Source: Candidatus Electronema aureum (GTDB lineage: Bacteria > Desulfobacterota > Desulfobulbia > Desulfobulbales > Desulfobulbaceae). From it: a stretch of 32,000 bases of DNA. Of this stretch, positions 7,862 to 17,715 are shown one piece after another. The stretch lies in the NCBI GenBank assembly GCA_004284765.1, contig NQJD01000003.1:1-32000 (forward strand), written 5' to 3'. Under the pieces are notes generated by a model that made no database searches, was not told the DNA's origin, and saw only the letters and a program-made list of their open reading frames with translations. Each line of letters starts with the position of its first letter. Positions within the stretch are counted from its first letter, which is position 1. The translations under genes were made by a program, and so were the position numbers.

Positions 7862-9768
7862 CTACTTTTTGTCGCAGACCACGGCGTGAGCAACAACCTT
7901 GAGATAAGCCGCATCGCCGCTGACATTAACCTCGTAGCTGTCAATGAATGCTTTATTCAGCCCTTCATGCAGATTGCCGTACTGATTAGGAAGCGGAGTT
8001 GCGACATTCGTTGCTCCTACATAGAGATGCGTTGCACTCATGCCGACATCATCAGTCATCTTAAAGGTAACGGAAACTTTTGTCCCTTCATATTTTACTG
8101 TCAGTGTGCCTACGTTCACTGCTTTGCTTAGGTCGTTTTCTGTCGCGCTGGTATAAATCGGCTGCGTTAGGGTCTGGCCTTTATTTATGTTAATCTGCCA
8201 GCCCCAAAGATTGGCAGCCAAAATATCATCTAACTCGGTCTGGCCAAAGCCAAAGGCGGTTCTACAGCTGCTCCCCGCATCCCGACAAATGATCCAACCG
8301 TTCTCGTCAACACCGACCATGAAATCGCCCTCATAGCATTGCACTGACGAGGTTGGCGCGATGGCAGATTCTGCCGCTGAGAGAAAAGACAGCGATGTTG
8401 TTGAAATGCTTGATGAGGTAGGACAGGTGCATACGCCTGGGAGTCCTTGCGGGCCTTGTGGGCCTATAACTCCGGCTGGACCTTGCGGGCCTGCTGGCCC
8501 TTGTAATCCCTGCGGCCCTGTCGGGCCAATGATACCCGGAATCCCCTGTACTCCTTGTGGGCCAGTAGCACCGATCGGGCCGGTGTTGCCCGTGTCGCCT
8601 TTCAACCCCGTATCACCTTTAGGGCCAATTTCACCCTGTGGGCCAACAGCACCGACCGGGCCTATCGGGCCGGTTGCACCGGTAGCTCCAGTTTGACCAA
8701 CTGGGCCTATTTCTCCCTGCGGGCCGGTGTTGCCGGTGTCGCCTTTCAACCCCGTATCACCTTTAGGGCCGACTTCACCTTGTGGGCCAGCAGCACCGGT
8801 GCTCCAGTTGGGCCTATCGGGCCAATTTCTCCCTGTGGGCCTGTGTTGCCCGTGTCGCCTTTCAGCCCCGTATCACCTTGTGGGCCAGCAGCACCGGTTG
8901 CTCCAGTAGCACCAGCCGGGCCTATCGGGCCAATTTCTCCCTGCGGGCCGGTGTTGCCGGTGTCGCCTTTCAACCCCGGATCACCTTTAGGGCCGACTTC
9001 ACCCTGTGGGCCAGTAGCACCGATCGGGCCGGTATTGCCCGTGTCGCCTTTCAGCCCCGTATCACCTTTTGCTGCCATGAGTTCCCAACAGCCAACAGGA
9101 GCAGGGTCACGTGTAGGCTCTACCCCTTTTATAGACTTGCAGCAGGTGTTGACATAGCTACTGCCGCCATGCTGAACAATACTGCCAGCCTCATACACCA
9201 AGTTTTCCTGCCAAGCACCCACCCAAGAAAATTCATTTTCTTCACATTCTTCTGTAGGCAATGTGCTTTCTCCTGTACAAACCTCTGCTTGGGCAGCGGC
9301 AAGATATAACGTTCTACCTGCATAGGAGGAAACATCAATCGCATAGCTATCCTTAACAGCATTGATCAAGGATGGATGATGATATTTACTGTATTGACCA
9401 TGTGCGGTGGTTGGGGCTTTTTTATCACCGAGATAGAGGCTGGTCTCGCTCATTGAGAAACCTTTCAGCATGACAAAGGACACTTTGAGCAGATTTCCTT
9501 CATGCTTGATTTGTAGGCTGCCCGCGAGTGTGCGTGAAGAGAATTTCTTTCCCGTCCCTACATAAATCGGCGCAGTCAAGCTATTATCAGCTTTTACAGT
9601 GAGTTGCCATCCTCGCTGCCAAGGATCATTTTTTTCCGGAGCTTCATTGAATTTTTTTTCTCCATAAGCAAAGGCCGTTGCGCATTTTTTCTCCTCAGCT
9701 TGGAGATTAGCAGCTGCCAATAGAAGCGACGCAAGGCATAAGGTTGCCAATTTTATTTTTATTTTCAT
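7862..9768 (-). pseudogene. Secreted collagen-like triple-helix repeat protein with two copies of an uncharacterised Cys-bracketed globular domain. The frame is broken at about 8800.
   Basis: RBS GGAGG precedes ATG 9768. Signal peptide [26 protein letters not shown]. The G-X-Y run continues across the junction of ORFs 8746-9990 and 7862-8749. The upstream ORF leaves the G-X-Y frame after GPIGPTGAP. Confidence 0.75.
8435..9069 (-). repeat. Collagen-like G-X-Y coding repeats (about 70 triplets) built from reiterated [20 protein letters not shown] units
   Basis: Near-identical nucleotide blocks recur, for example accttgtgggccagcagcaccgg ending at 8799 and at 8897. The antisense ORFs read as PCGP/PVSP runs. 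Confidence 0.9.
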
Positions 9769-9816
9769 AAGAGCTACCTCCGCCGCAGCAGTTAAATTTT
9801 TCTCCTTCTTTTTTGC

Positions 9817-9822
9817 ATTATA
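9817..9822 (-). promoter_or_regulatory. Candidate -10 box (perfect TATAAT on the minus strand) for the collagen-like gene
   Basis: ggggTATAATgc lies about 50 nt upstream of ATG 9768, in the 220-bp AT-rich divergent region shared with recC. The -35 is only approximate (TTGTGC). Confidence 0.3.
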
Positions 9823-9988
9823 CCCCGTTGCGCCCTTGTTGCACAATAGGCATGTCTCTTCTTCTAAGGATATGTTACAATTTAACACCTGATATACTGC
9901 TAACCTAATAAATGCAAAGCAGATCAATCGTAATGACAAGATAGATGACCTTTCTTTAATTTTCCCAAATCGTTTGCACTGATTATCC

Positions 9989-12900
9989 ATGTACCTTTAC
10001 CAATCCAACCGCCTTGAAAACCTGCTGACCGCGCTCTGTGCTGTTCTCGCGCAACCGGTCGGTAATCCCTTAGCCTCAGAAATCATCGTAGTGCAAAATC
10101 CGGGTATGGCTCGTTGGCTCTCCCAGCAAATTGCCCTACGCACAGGCATTTGTGCCAACAGCTCTTTTCCGCTGCCTGCCTCCTTCATCTGGAGTCTCTT
10201 TGCTAAAACCCTTGGCGGTCTGCCAGACCTACGCGAGTTCAATCGTGAAGTGCTGCTCTGGCGGATATTGGCCAAATTAGACAGCTTGCTGGAACTGCCC
10301 TCAATGCAGGAAATCAACGCCTATCTGCGCGACGACCGCGACGGCAGCAAAGCCTTCCAGTTAGCAGGACGGATCGCTGATCTCTTTGATCAATATTTGG
10401 TTTATCGCCACGACATGGTGCTGGCTTGGGAAAAAGGCCGGGAAGAACATTGGCAAGCCCAGCTCTGGCGGCAGCTGACTGACAGTGGTAGTACGCACCG
10501 GGCCGAGGTGCTGGAACGCTTCCTGCAAGCGGCAGACCAAGGTGTATTGCGCACCGATGGCCTACCAGAGCGAATCTGCATCTTCGGCATCAACTCGCTG
10601 GCCCCGGCTTACATAGAGGTGATTGGAAAAATCAGCCACCACATCGACATCCGCGTTTTCCATTTCAGCCCCTGTCGCCAAGTCTGGGACGACATTATGC
10701 CGGAACGTCTGATTGCCCTCAAGCGGCAGAACTGGCGCAGGCGCGGCACTGCCGATATCAGCAGCTACTATACTTCCGGTAATCCACTCTTGGCTTCACT
10801 CGGTGGATTAGGCCGCGAGTTTTTCAAACTGTTGATGGAATTGAATCCGATGGCCGAGGAGCAAGACCTCTACCAAGCCCCACCGCAGGACAATCTACTT
10901 GGTCAGATTCAGGGCGATATTCTTGATCTGCGCGACCGGGGCGATCGGAGCAAGGGCGAGACACTGCCGCTGAAGTCGGGTGAATCTTCCATTCGTTTCC
11001 ACTGTTGCCACAGTCCGATGCGAGAAATCCAGGTGTTGCACGACCGCCTACTTGACCTCTTCGCCGCTGATCCACAGCTTAACCCAGCGGATATTTTGGT
11101 CATGGCCCCGGATATCAATCGCTATGCCCCAGCCGTGGCTGGAGTTTTTAGCTCGGCTGGCGGCAAGTTGCGTATTCCTTGGTCAATTGCTGATCAATCC
11201 TGCCGCGAAGAACAGCCGGTGCTTGAAGGCTTTCTTGGCCTACTGACGCTGGTCACCAGCCGTTGCACCGCCCCGGAAGTAGCGGCGATGTTGGAAAACC
11301 CAATTATCCTTGAACGCTTCAGCCTGACTGAGGATGAAGTCCCGCTGCTACGAAAAATGATCACCGCCGCAGGCATTCGCTGGGGCTTGGAGCAGCGGAG
11401 CGGGGCAGACGCACTCCATAGCTGGGAGACTGGGATAGACCGGCTCCTGCTTGGCTGCCTGACCGGGCAGTTAGACGCACCTTGGCAGGGTATCATGCCG
11501 ATCAGCGGTGGCCTGAGTGAAGGCGGCGATTGGTTAGGCAATTTGGCTGAATTTATCCGCGAACTACGGCGACTCCGACGACAAACAAGTCGTCCATTGC
11601 CTCCGGTGGGCTGGGGCAAACTCTTTCTCCGCGTGATCGACCGGTTCTTAGACAGCGGTACTGATCAGCACAACGAAGGCCTGCTTCTCCTCCGCCAGAG
11701 TATTGCTGATTTTGTCGAACAGTGTAAACGAGCTAACTTCCAGCAACCGATCAGCCTCGCCGTTATTCGTCGTCATTTTCAACAGCTTTTGACTGCTCCA
11801 GCAGGCGGACAGGCGTTTCTTGCGGGCCGCGTCACCGTCTGCAATATGGTGCCGATGCGTTCAGTGCCTTTTAAGGTAATCTGGCTGCTCGGTATGAACG
11901 ACGGTGACTTTCCTCGCTCTCAGCATCCGCCCGCCTTTGATTTGATGGCCGAACACCGCAGGCCGGGCGACCGTAGTCGCCGCGACGACGACCGCTATCT
12001 TTTCTTAGAAGCTCTGCTCTCGGCTCGCCACCATTTTGCCGTTTCTTGGGCTGGACGTGATCTGCGCGACAACAAACCTCGCCCGCCTTCAGTAGTGGTG
12101 GCAGAGCTGCGTGACTACATCAGCCGAGGCTGGATAACTGCGGATGACACTGCCGCTGCTGATCAGCTCACCGTGGAGCATCCACTCCAGCCCTTCAGTC
12201 GCCGCTGTTTTGACGGCAAAAATCCGAACACTGCCTCGTATCGGACTGAATGGTTGCCCGCCTCTGGCAAACCGGTGCCGGTGTTCGCCAGTCGCCCTTT
12301 GCCACAGCCAGAGCAATGGGCGCGGCAGATTGATCTAAACCAGCTCGTGCGGTTCTGGAAACATCCGGTACGTTTTTTCCTTGAACAGCGACTCGGCTTG
12401 CGCACCGCCTATCTATCTGATGTGTTGCTGCCAGAAAGCGAGTCGTTTGCCCTTGATCAGCTCCAAAATTATCAATTAGCCGATGAAATATTGCATGAAA
12501 TTCGTCACGGCAGGCAGGCTGACTGTCCCTTGCATCGGCGACAAGCAGCAGCTGAATTACCGGGTGGTTGTTTCGGCCATCTTTTGCACCAAAAAATGCA
12601 GACCGAGGCGACAGAACTGCTCGGTAAAGTGAAGCCGCTGCTCTCGCAGCCGGTGGAGCCTGTAGAACTCCGACTGACCATCGACGGGGTGCGGCTGACC
12701 GGGCGACTCACCTCGCTTTGTCGTTGCGGCAGAGTTACCTTCCGGCCTGCCAGCCTCAAGGCAAAAGATATACTTGAACTCTGGATTCATCACATCGCTT
12801 TGCTCCTGCATCAGCCTACTGGAGTGGAACCACAATCGCTTCATGCGGCCAAAGATAAAACACTCTGCTTCCAAGAGGTACCTGATCCGCATGACCAGCT

Positions 12901-13138
12901 CGCTCGACTAATTCATCTATTTCAACAAGGTTGCTGCGAGCCGCTTCATTTTTATCCCGAAAGTAGCTGGGCGTGGATCAAGGGCAAATCAGCGGAGGCA
13001 GCGTGGTCTTCCAGCTTCCGCCACAAAGGCGAAGGCGACGATCCGGCTTATGAAATTGGCTTACGCGGCCATGCGCCCTTTGACCAGCAGTTTGAGGAGT
13101 TGGCAGAGAAAATATGGACGGTAGGGCAAATGCGTTGA
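9989..13138 (+). CDS. recC: Exodeoxyribonuclease V gamma subunit RecC
   Basis: 1049 aa. The N-terminus [13 protein letters not shown]...[11 protein letters not shown] is typical of RecC. No recB or recD is adjacent. Confidence 0.9.
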   Translation: MYLYQSNRLENLLTALCAVLAQPVGNPLASEIIVVQNPGMARWLSQQIALRTGICANSSFPLPASFIWSLFAKTLGGLPDLREFNREVLLWRILAKLDSLLELPSMQEINAYLRDDRDGSKAFQLAGRIADLFDQYLVYRHDMVLAWEKGREEHWQAQLWRQLTDSGSTHRAEVLERFLQAADQGVLRTDGLPERICIFGINSLAPAYIEVIGKISHHIDIRVFHFSPCRQVWDDIMPERLIALKRQNWRRRGTADISSYYTSGNPLLASLGGLGREFFKLLMELNPMAEEQDLYQAPPQDNLLGQIQGDILDLRDRGDRSKGETLPLKSGESSIRFHCCHSPMREIQVLHDRLLDLFAADPQLNPADILVMAPDINRYAPAVAGVFSSAGGKLRIPWSIADQSCREEQPVLEGFLGLLTLVTSRCTAPEVAAMLENPIILERFSLTEDEVPLLRKMITAAGIRWGLEQRSGADALHSWETGIDRLLLGCLTGQLDAPWQGIMPISGGLSEGGDWLGNLAEFIRELRRLRRQTSRPLPPVGWGKLFLRVIDRFLDSGTDQHNEGLLLLRQSIADFVEQCKRANFQQPISLAVIRRHFQQLLTAPAGGQAFLAGRVTVCNMVPMRSVPFKVIWLLGMNDGDFPRSQHPPAFDLMAEHRRPGDRSRRDDDRYLFLEALLSARHHFAVSWAGRDLRDNKPRPPSVVVAELRDYISRGWITADDTAAADQLTVEHPLQPFSRRCFDGKNPNTASYRTEWLPASGKPVPVFASRPLPQPEQWARQIDLNQLVRFWKHPVRFFLEQRLGLRTAYLSDVLLPESESFALDQLQNYQLADEILHEIRHGRQADCPLHRRQAAAELPGGCFGHLLHQKMQTEATELLGKVKPLLSQPVEPVELRLTIDGVRLTGRLTSLCRCGRVTFRPASLKAKDILELWIHHIALLLHQPTGVEPQSLHAAKDKTLCFQEVPDPHDQLARLIHLFQQGCCEPLHFYPESSWAWIKGKSAEAAWSSSFRHKGEGDDPAYEIGLRGHAPFDQQFEELAEKIWTVGQMR

Positions 13139-13837
13139 CTACTCTTCATAAATCGCCAAGCTGGTGTTGAAGACTAACCGCTCCAGCTCGTCGTCCTGCG
13201 TCACCGCCCGCCCGATCATCTCGCCGAATCTTCGAGCCTCATCTATCTGCTGCCGGGTGTGGCCGTATTTCGGATAATGATCCTGCATCCACGACATCCG
13301 CTCCGGGGTTTCACCGGCCAGCTTGAGGAACACGCCGATAGTCCGCCACGGCTCTTTGCTGGTGTGAGTGAAAATGATGCCGTTCGGCACTCGCGCCCCC
13401 AGATTTTTCAACAGGGACTTAATCCCCCACCAGTGCATCCGCCAGAAGCCCCGGCAGGAAATGACCGGCAGCACTGTCTGCTGGGCGAAAAGCCGCTGGC
13501 CGTCACGGTCAAGGAGCGAGAGTACCGGGCCGCTGGGGTTGTACGACCAAGTCGGGCCGGCGAGGATGATCAGGTCATACGGCTCAAAGCAGCGTTCCGG
13601 CAGCGGCTCAATCGGGATGCGCTGCCGGAAGAGCGTGACGATCATTTTCTTAAACGTCTTAGGAATGGTGCCGATGGGAAAATGCTGCGGGATGGTCGGG
13701 ACAAGCCGCTCGCAGACCACCTCGGCCTCGTACTCGGCCATGCCGTCGAGCAGGGACTGAACGAGATTTTTGGTCTGGGAGCTGAAGGAATAATAGAGAA
13801 CAAGAATGCGCTTGGGCTGCGCCGGGCTGCCGCTCAT
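13139..13837 (-). CDS. Flavodoxin-like fold protein of unknown function (start at 13837, or at 13888 as an alternative)
   Basis: KRILVLYYSFSSQTKNL followed by YDLIILAGPTW resembles a flavodoxin-like nucleotide-binding fold. The antisense ORF 13259-13921 is Arg/Pro-rich and was rejected. Confidence 0.5.
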   Translation of the reverse strand: MSGSPAQPKRILVLYYSFSSQTKNLVQSLLDGMAEYEAEVVCERLVPTIPQHFPIGTIPKTFKKMIVTLFRQRIPIEPLPERCFEPYDLIILAGPTWSYNPSGPVLSLLDRDGQRLFAQQTVLPVISCRGFWRMHWWGIKSLLKNLGARVPNGIIFTHTSKEPWRTIGVFLKLAGETPERMSWMQDHYPKYGHTRQQIDEARRFGEMIGRAVTQDDELERLVFNTSLAIYEE

Positions 13838-13920
13838 GGGACACCTTTGCTTTCGCAGATGAGATTTATCACTTTTTTTGATAAGCAAAGGGAGAATACT
13901 TTACCACAGAATGAAAAATA

Positions 13921-13952
13921 AAAAAAGCCCCCTGACTGGTTTTGTCAGGAGG
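13921..13952 (-). terminator. Rho-independent terminator immediately after dsrJ
   Basis: Stem cctgac (13931-13936) pairs with gtcagg (13944-13949), with flanking G/C pairs. A T-run follows on the minus strand (A-run 13914-13926 on +). Confidence 0.7.
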
Positions 13953-13979
13953 CTGGCCGGAACTTAGGAGCTTCGCGGC

Positions 13980-14363
13980 TTAGGGAGTGGTGTGGCAGGT
14001 CCAGCAGTCAGGCGTTTTCACTGAGGCGTAGGCATGGCAGCTGTCGCAGAACTTCTCTTTGCTGCCGCCGTGGCACGCCAAGCAGCTCATGGTCGGCTTC
14101 TGCCCGTCCTTGGCCGCATTGTAGTCCTTGGCGGTGACGTGGATGCCTTGCAGCACATTCATGTGTTTGGCCCGCATTTCCTCCGCAGGCGGATGGCTTT
14201 GGCCGTTCGGGAAGCTGACACCTTGGAGCATGTCTTTGGACAGGTTCGGATCCTTGGCCGGAGCCGCGCCGACATTGCAAACCAGATTGTTGTACCAGAT
14301 GGGGAAGGTGATCAGAAGAACGAAGACCGCCAGTCCCGGAATGATTTTGCCGCTATCGTACAT
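13980..14363 (-). CDS. dsrJ: DsrJ, triheme cytochrome c of the Dsr membrane complex
   Basis: 127 aa with an N-terminal membrane anchor and three CXXCH motifs (CLACH, CDSCH, CWTCH). It lies directly downstream of dsrK. Confidence 0.85.
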   Translation of the reverse strand: MYDSGKIIPGLAVFVLLITFPIWYNNLVCNVGAAPAKDPNLSKDMLQGVSFPNGQSHPPAEEMRAKHMNVLQGIHVTAKDYNAAKDGQKPTMSCLACHGGSKEKFCDSCHAYASVKTPDCWTCHTTP

Positions 14364-14386
14364 TGAAATATCCTCCGTTGCTGACG

Positions 14387-16018
14387 TTACAGGAGAGTCC
14401 GTAGACCCTCAGTAAGTTCCTGTCTGTTTTCGCCTTCGATCACCAAGGCGTTGCCAACCAGCTCGCTCACGCCAGCGACCTGCACCTCCGGCACCCAGTA
14501 GCTCATCAGGGTGCTGAGGGTGGCGCGGTCAATGGCACAGATGGTGGCCAGCGTGTTGATGCCGTGTTTGTCATACACATGCTTGACCGCGTTGGCGCGC
14601 GGCAGGCCGGAGCGCATCCGCAGCTCCATGATCTCCTCGGTGTTCAGGGCTGTGCCGGAGCCGCAGCAGAAGGTCTTCTCGCGGATGGTGTGTTCCGGCA
14701 TCTCGTGCCACTGTTCCAGCACGTTGTTGAGGATGTAGCGCGGCTCCTCCAGCATTCCCATGGCCCGCGCCGGGTTGCAGGAGTCGTGGAAGGTGGCCTT
14801 GACGTGCGCGTTGCGGCTCTTGTCCAATTTGATCTTGCCGTGCTTGATCAGGTCAGCGGTGAACTCGCTGATATGCACCATCTTGGTTGAGGCCGCGTTC
14901 TCAAAGACCGTGCCGGTGGCGGGTGATTTCGGCACTTCAAGGAAGTCCGCCGGGCCGTTCATGGTGTCCATGTACTGATGGATGACGCGCCACATATGGC
15001 CGCACTCGCCGCCAAGTATCCACTTGGCGCCTAAGCGCTTGGCCTCGGCGTACATCTTGGCGTTCAGCTTCTTCATCATCTCGTTCGAGGTGAAGAGGCC
15101 GAAGTTGCCGCCCTCAGAGGCATAAGTTGACCAGGTGTAGTCCAAGCCGATGGCCTCAAACAGGAGCATGTAGCCCATGCAGGTGAAGATGCCCGGCTCG
15201 GCGAACACGTCTGCGGACGGGGTGATGAACAGCACCTCCGCACCCTTGCGGTTGAAAGTCGGGTTGACTTTGACCCCGGTCAGGTTTTCAAGGTCCTCGC
15301 AAAGAAATTCGACATTGCCCTTGAAAGCCTGCGGGGTCAGGCCCATGTGGTTGCCGGTGCGGTTGGAGTTGGAGACTGGCTCCATCGCCCAGTTGATGCC
15401 ACAGCCCACCAGATGTAGCAACTCGCGCAGCATCATGGTGATTTCGGCGGTGTCAATACCGTAGGGGCAGAAGACCGAGCAGCGGCGACATTCGGTGCAT
15501 TGGTAGGCGTACATAAACCACTCTTTCAGCACGCTGACAGTCATCTCGCGCCCGCCCGCCATTTTGCCGAGCAGCTTGCCTGCCAGAGTGAACTCCTGGC
15601 GATAAACCGAGCGCAGCAGTTCGGCCCGCAGCACCGGCATGTTTTTTGGGTCGCCAGTGCCGAGGAAGAAATGGCACTTGTCTGCACAGGCACCGCAGCG
15701 GACGCAGCAATCCATGAATATCTTCAAAGAGCGGAAGCGGTCTAAGCGGTCCGCCAGTCCTTTGATGATGATCTCCTTCCAGTTTTCCGGCAGCTTCCAG
15801 TCCTCGTCCTCCGGGTTCCAAGCGCGAGCATTCGGGAAGCTCACGCCCTGCTGGCTGTTGAGATACTCCAGCTTTTCCGGCTTGGTCGTGTAGGCGTAGT
15901 TGCCCGGCTTGAACACCGCCGGGATTTCCGTCCAGTCTTTGTCCGGCATGGAGCCAGTCATCAGGGTCGGGTCTTCGACCACGCTCCGCGCCAGCTCATC
16001 TTTTTTTATAACGGCCAT
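14387..16018 (-). CDS. dsrK: DsrK, HdrD-like iron-sulfur subunit
   Basis: 543 aa. Ferredoxin-type clusters CVRCGACADKC and CTECRRCSVFCP, Cys-rich CCG-type C-terminal region, located between dsrM and dsrJ. Confidence 0.9.
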   Translation of the reverse strand: MAVIKKDELARSVVEDPTLMTGSMPDKDWTEIPAVFKPGNYAYTTKPEKLEYLNSQQGVSFPNARAWNPEDEDWKLPENWKEIIIKGLADRLDRFRSLKIFMDCCVRCGACADKCHFFLGTGDPKNMPVLRAELLRSVYRQEFTLAGKLLGKMAGGREMTVSVLKEWFMYAYQCTECRRCSVFCPYGIDTAEITMMLRELLHLVGCGINWAMEPVSNSNRTGNHMGLTPQAFKGNVEFLCEDLENLTGVKVNPTFNRKGAEVLFITPSADVFAEPGIFTCMGYMLLFEAIGLDYTWSTYASEGGNFGLFTSNEMMKKLNAKMYAEAKRLGAKWILGGECGHMWRVIHQYMDTMNGPADFLEVPKSPATGTVFENAASTKMVHISEFTADLIKHGKIKLDKSRNAHVKATFHDSCNPARAMGMLEEPRYILNNVLEQWHEMPEHTIREKTFCCGSGTALNTEEIMELRMRSGLPRANAVKHVYDKHGINTLATICAIDRATLSTLMSYWVPEVQVAGVSELVGNALVIEGENRQELTEGLRTLL

Positions 16019-16048
16019 TGTGATAGTCCCTTGTCCACCTGTTATTCG

Positions 16049-17065
16049 TCAGCCTTGCGGCAGTTCTTTTTCAACCGGAATGCCCTGCTCGATCATGTCC
16101 GCCCGGAACTCGTCCTCGTAGGACGCATAGGAATGCGGCCTGATGTCCGGGTTCCACGGGTTGATGTGCCGCCGCATCCGGCTGTCATTGGCCAGATTGC
16201 GGGTCGGGCTGAGAAAGACCCCGCCCATGTGCATCAGCTTGGAGAAGGGAAAATAGGCGAGCAGGCAGGAGACTAAGAACAGATGCACGTAGAAGACGGA
16301 GGCGATGTTAGGGTTGATTACGGGATGGAAGGTAGTTAGACCAACAGCGAGCTGCTTGATGGCCACAATGTCCATGCCGGAGCGGAGGAAGTAGCGCATC
16401 AGGATGCCGGTAAGTGCGATGCCGATCAGGAGGAAAAGCGGGAAGTAGTCGTTGGCCAAGGAGATGTAGTTCACCGTCTTGATCAGAAAACGGCGGGCCA
16501 GCAGGGCCAATAGGCCGACAAGGATCAGCGCGTCGGTGACGTAGAGCGACAGCTCCGGGGTTGGATTAAGGGTGAAGCCGTCCAGGTACTCCAACGCGCT
16601 GACGAAGAACAGCTCCGATCCGACAAAGAGGCGGAAATGCCGAAGCAGAATCACCAACATGCTGTAATGAAACAGAATGCCGAAGAGCCAGAGCCAGCGG
16701 GTGGCACTATAGGTCAGCTCAGGGCCGGGCTTGATGCTGGCCTTGGTGTTGCGCCAGAGAGAGCGGAAGAAGACGATCTCCATGAACATCCGGCCCAGCA
16801 CTTCGCCGGTGCTCACCGGGGCCTCGAACTTGTCCCGCTTCACCCAAGGCATAGAATAGCCTTGGCCGCAGGTGGTGGGGATGCGGAACGGCACTGGCGA
16901 TTTGGCCCAATAGAGCACCCGCCAGCAGAAGCCGCTGATAAAGAGAAGCAGGGCCGCGTAGGGCACGGCAACACCAAAAAGGTATTGCATGCCGGGGATT
17001 GCGGACCCTATCCACGCAATCAGCGCAAGCGCGATGACCGCAATTAGGGGGAAGGTGTGCTTCAT
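16049..17065 (-). CDS. dsrM: DsrM, NarI-like dihaem b membrane subunit
   Basis: Polytopic membrane protein directly upstream of dsrK. ATG 17065 has the RBS gggag. The track's longer start at 17101 lacks one. Confidence 0.85.
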   Translation of the reverse strand: MKHTFPLIAVIALALIAWIGSAIPGMQYLFGVAVPYAALLLFISGFCWRVLYWAKSPVPFRIPTTCGQGYSMPWVKRDKFEAPVSTGEVLGRMFMEIVFFRSLWRNTKASIKPGPELTYSATRWLWLFGILFHYSMLVILLRHFRLFVGSELFFVSALEYLDGFTLNPTPELSLYVTDALILVGLLALLARRFLIKTVNYISLANDYFPLFLLIGIALTGILMRYFLRSGMDIVAIKQLAVGLTTFHPVINPNIASVFYVHLFLVSCLLAYFPFSKLMHMGGVFLSPTRNLANDSRMRRHINPWNPDIRPHSYASYEDEFRADMIEQGIPVEKELPQG

Positions 17066-17109
17066 TGATCGCTCCCTTTTTGAAAAATAAAATATCTTCA
17101 AGCATATTG

Positions 17110-17667
17110 CTATGCTTTATCCGCTGTGCAGCCTCCCTGTGGCGACAGTTCCCGCAAATTTTCCCGGATCAACGCTGAAGCGCAGGCTGAATCCGTCAGG
17201 ATATAACTGCCGCTTTTCAGCTCCCGGATGCGCGCCTTGTGCAGACGCTCCCGGCATTCCATGTAGATATCAAAGGCCTGTAAAACTGCCCGATCTACCT
17301 CAGCATCAAAGGGAATCAACTCTGGGAGCAATGCCCGGCAGTCTTTGTCTGCCGAAAATATCTGCCGCACCACGCTCTTCATATCCAGCAGCGGCGCGAC
17401 TGCCTGCGAGGGCGTGAAATTCTGCACCGCCCGGATGCGGATGATCTGATCCAGTGGCCCGGCAAACTGCTCCGCGCCTGCGCCTTCAACCAGCAATCGG
17501 AACAGCTCAGTCAGCCCCTCGCGGATGTTCATGCCGACCGGATTGGCGAACCTGTCCTGTGACTTCTTGAAAAAACTGGATGACTCGTAGGTGTCCAGTG
17601 TCCGTTCCGTCCACAGAGCGAGGATTTTCTCCTCGTTGCGCTTCAGGGCTTCGTTCAGGCTCTGCAT
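17110..17667 (-). CDS. DsrT-like / RsbRD N-terminal-domain-like protein preceding dsrM
   Basis: The call rests on position immediately upstream of dsrMK and on an all-helical soluble sequence. Family assignment is from memory only. ATG 17667 is preferred over the track's TTG at 17706. Confidence 0.45.
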   Translation of the reverse strand: MQSLNEALKRNEEKILALWTERTLDTYESSSFFKKSQDRFANPVGMNIREGLTELFRLLVEGAGAEQFAGPLDQIIRIRAVQNFTPSQAVAPLLDMKSVVRQIFSADKDCRALLPELIPFDAEVDRAVLQAFDIYMECRERLHKARIRELKSGSYILTDSACASALIRENLRELSPQGGCTADKA

Positions 17668-17715
17668 GATGGTCTTTGCTCTATCACGATTGCAGGCGGA
17701 TTTCAAGAGAAAAAT

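Noticed and set aside
8361-9309. Plus-strand ORFs 8361-8696, 8555-9157, 8727-8909 and 8782-9309
   Set aside because: They are antisense or off-frame readings of the collagen G-X-Y repeats (PCGP/PVSP runs). The minus strand carries the signal peptide, RBS and terminator.
9769-9990. N-terminal extension of ORF 8746-9990 ([10 protein letters not shown]...) that would abut the recC start codon
   Set aside because: The extension is AT-rich and not protein-like. The internal ATG 9768 has a GGAGG RBS and begins a clean signal peptide. The extension covers the divergent promoter region.
13259-13921. 220-aa + strand ORF opposite the flavodoxin-like gene
   Set aside because: The translation is Arg/Pro/Gly-rich and low complexity. 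The minus-strand product has a coherent flavodoxin-like pattern.
14511-17047. Multiple 60-136-aa ORFs antisense to dsrK and dsrM
   Set aside because: They are shadow ORFs inside confidently identified dsr genes.
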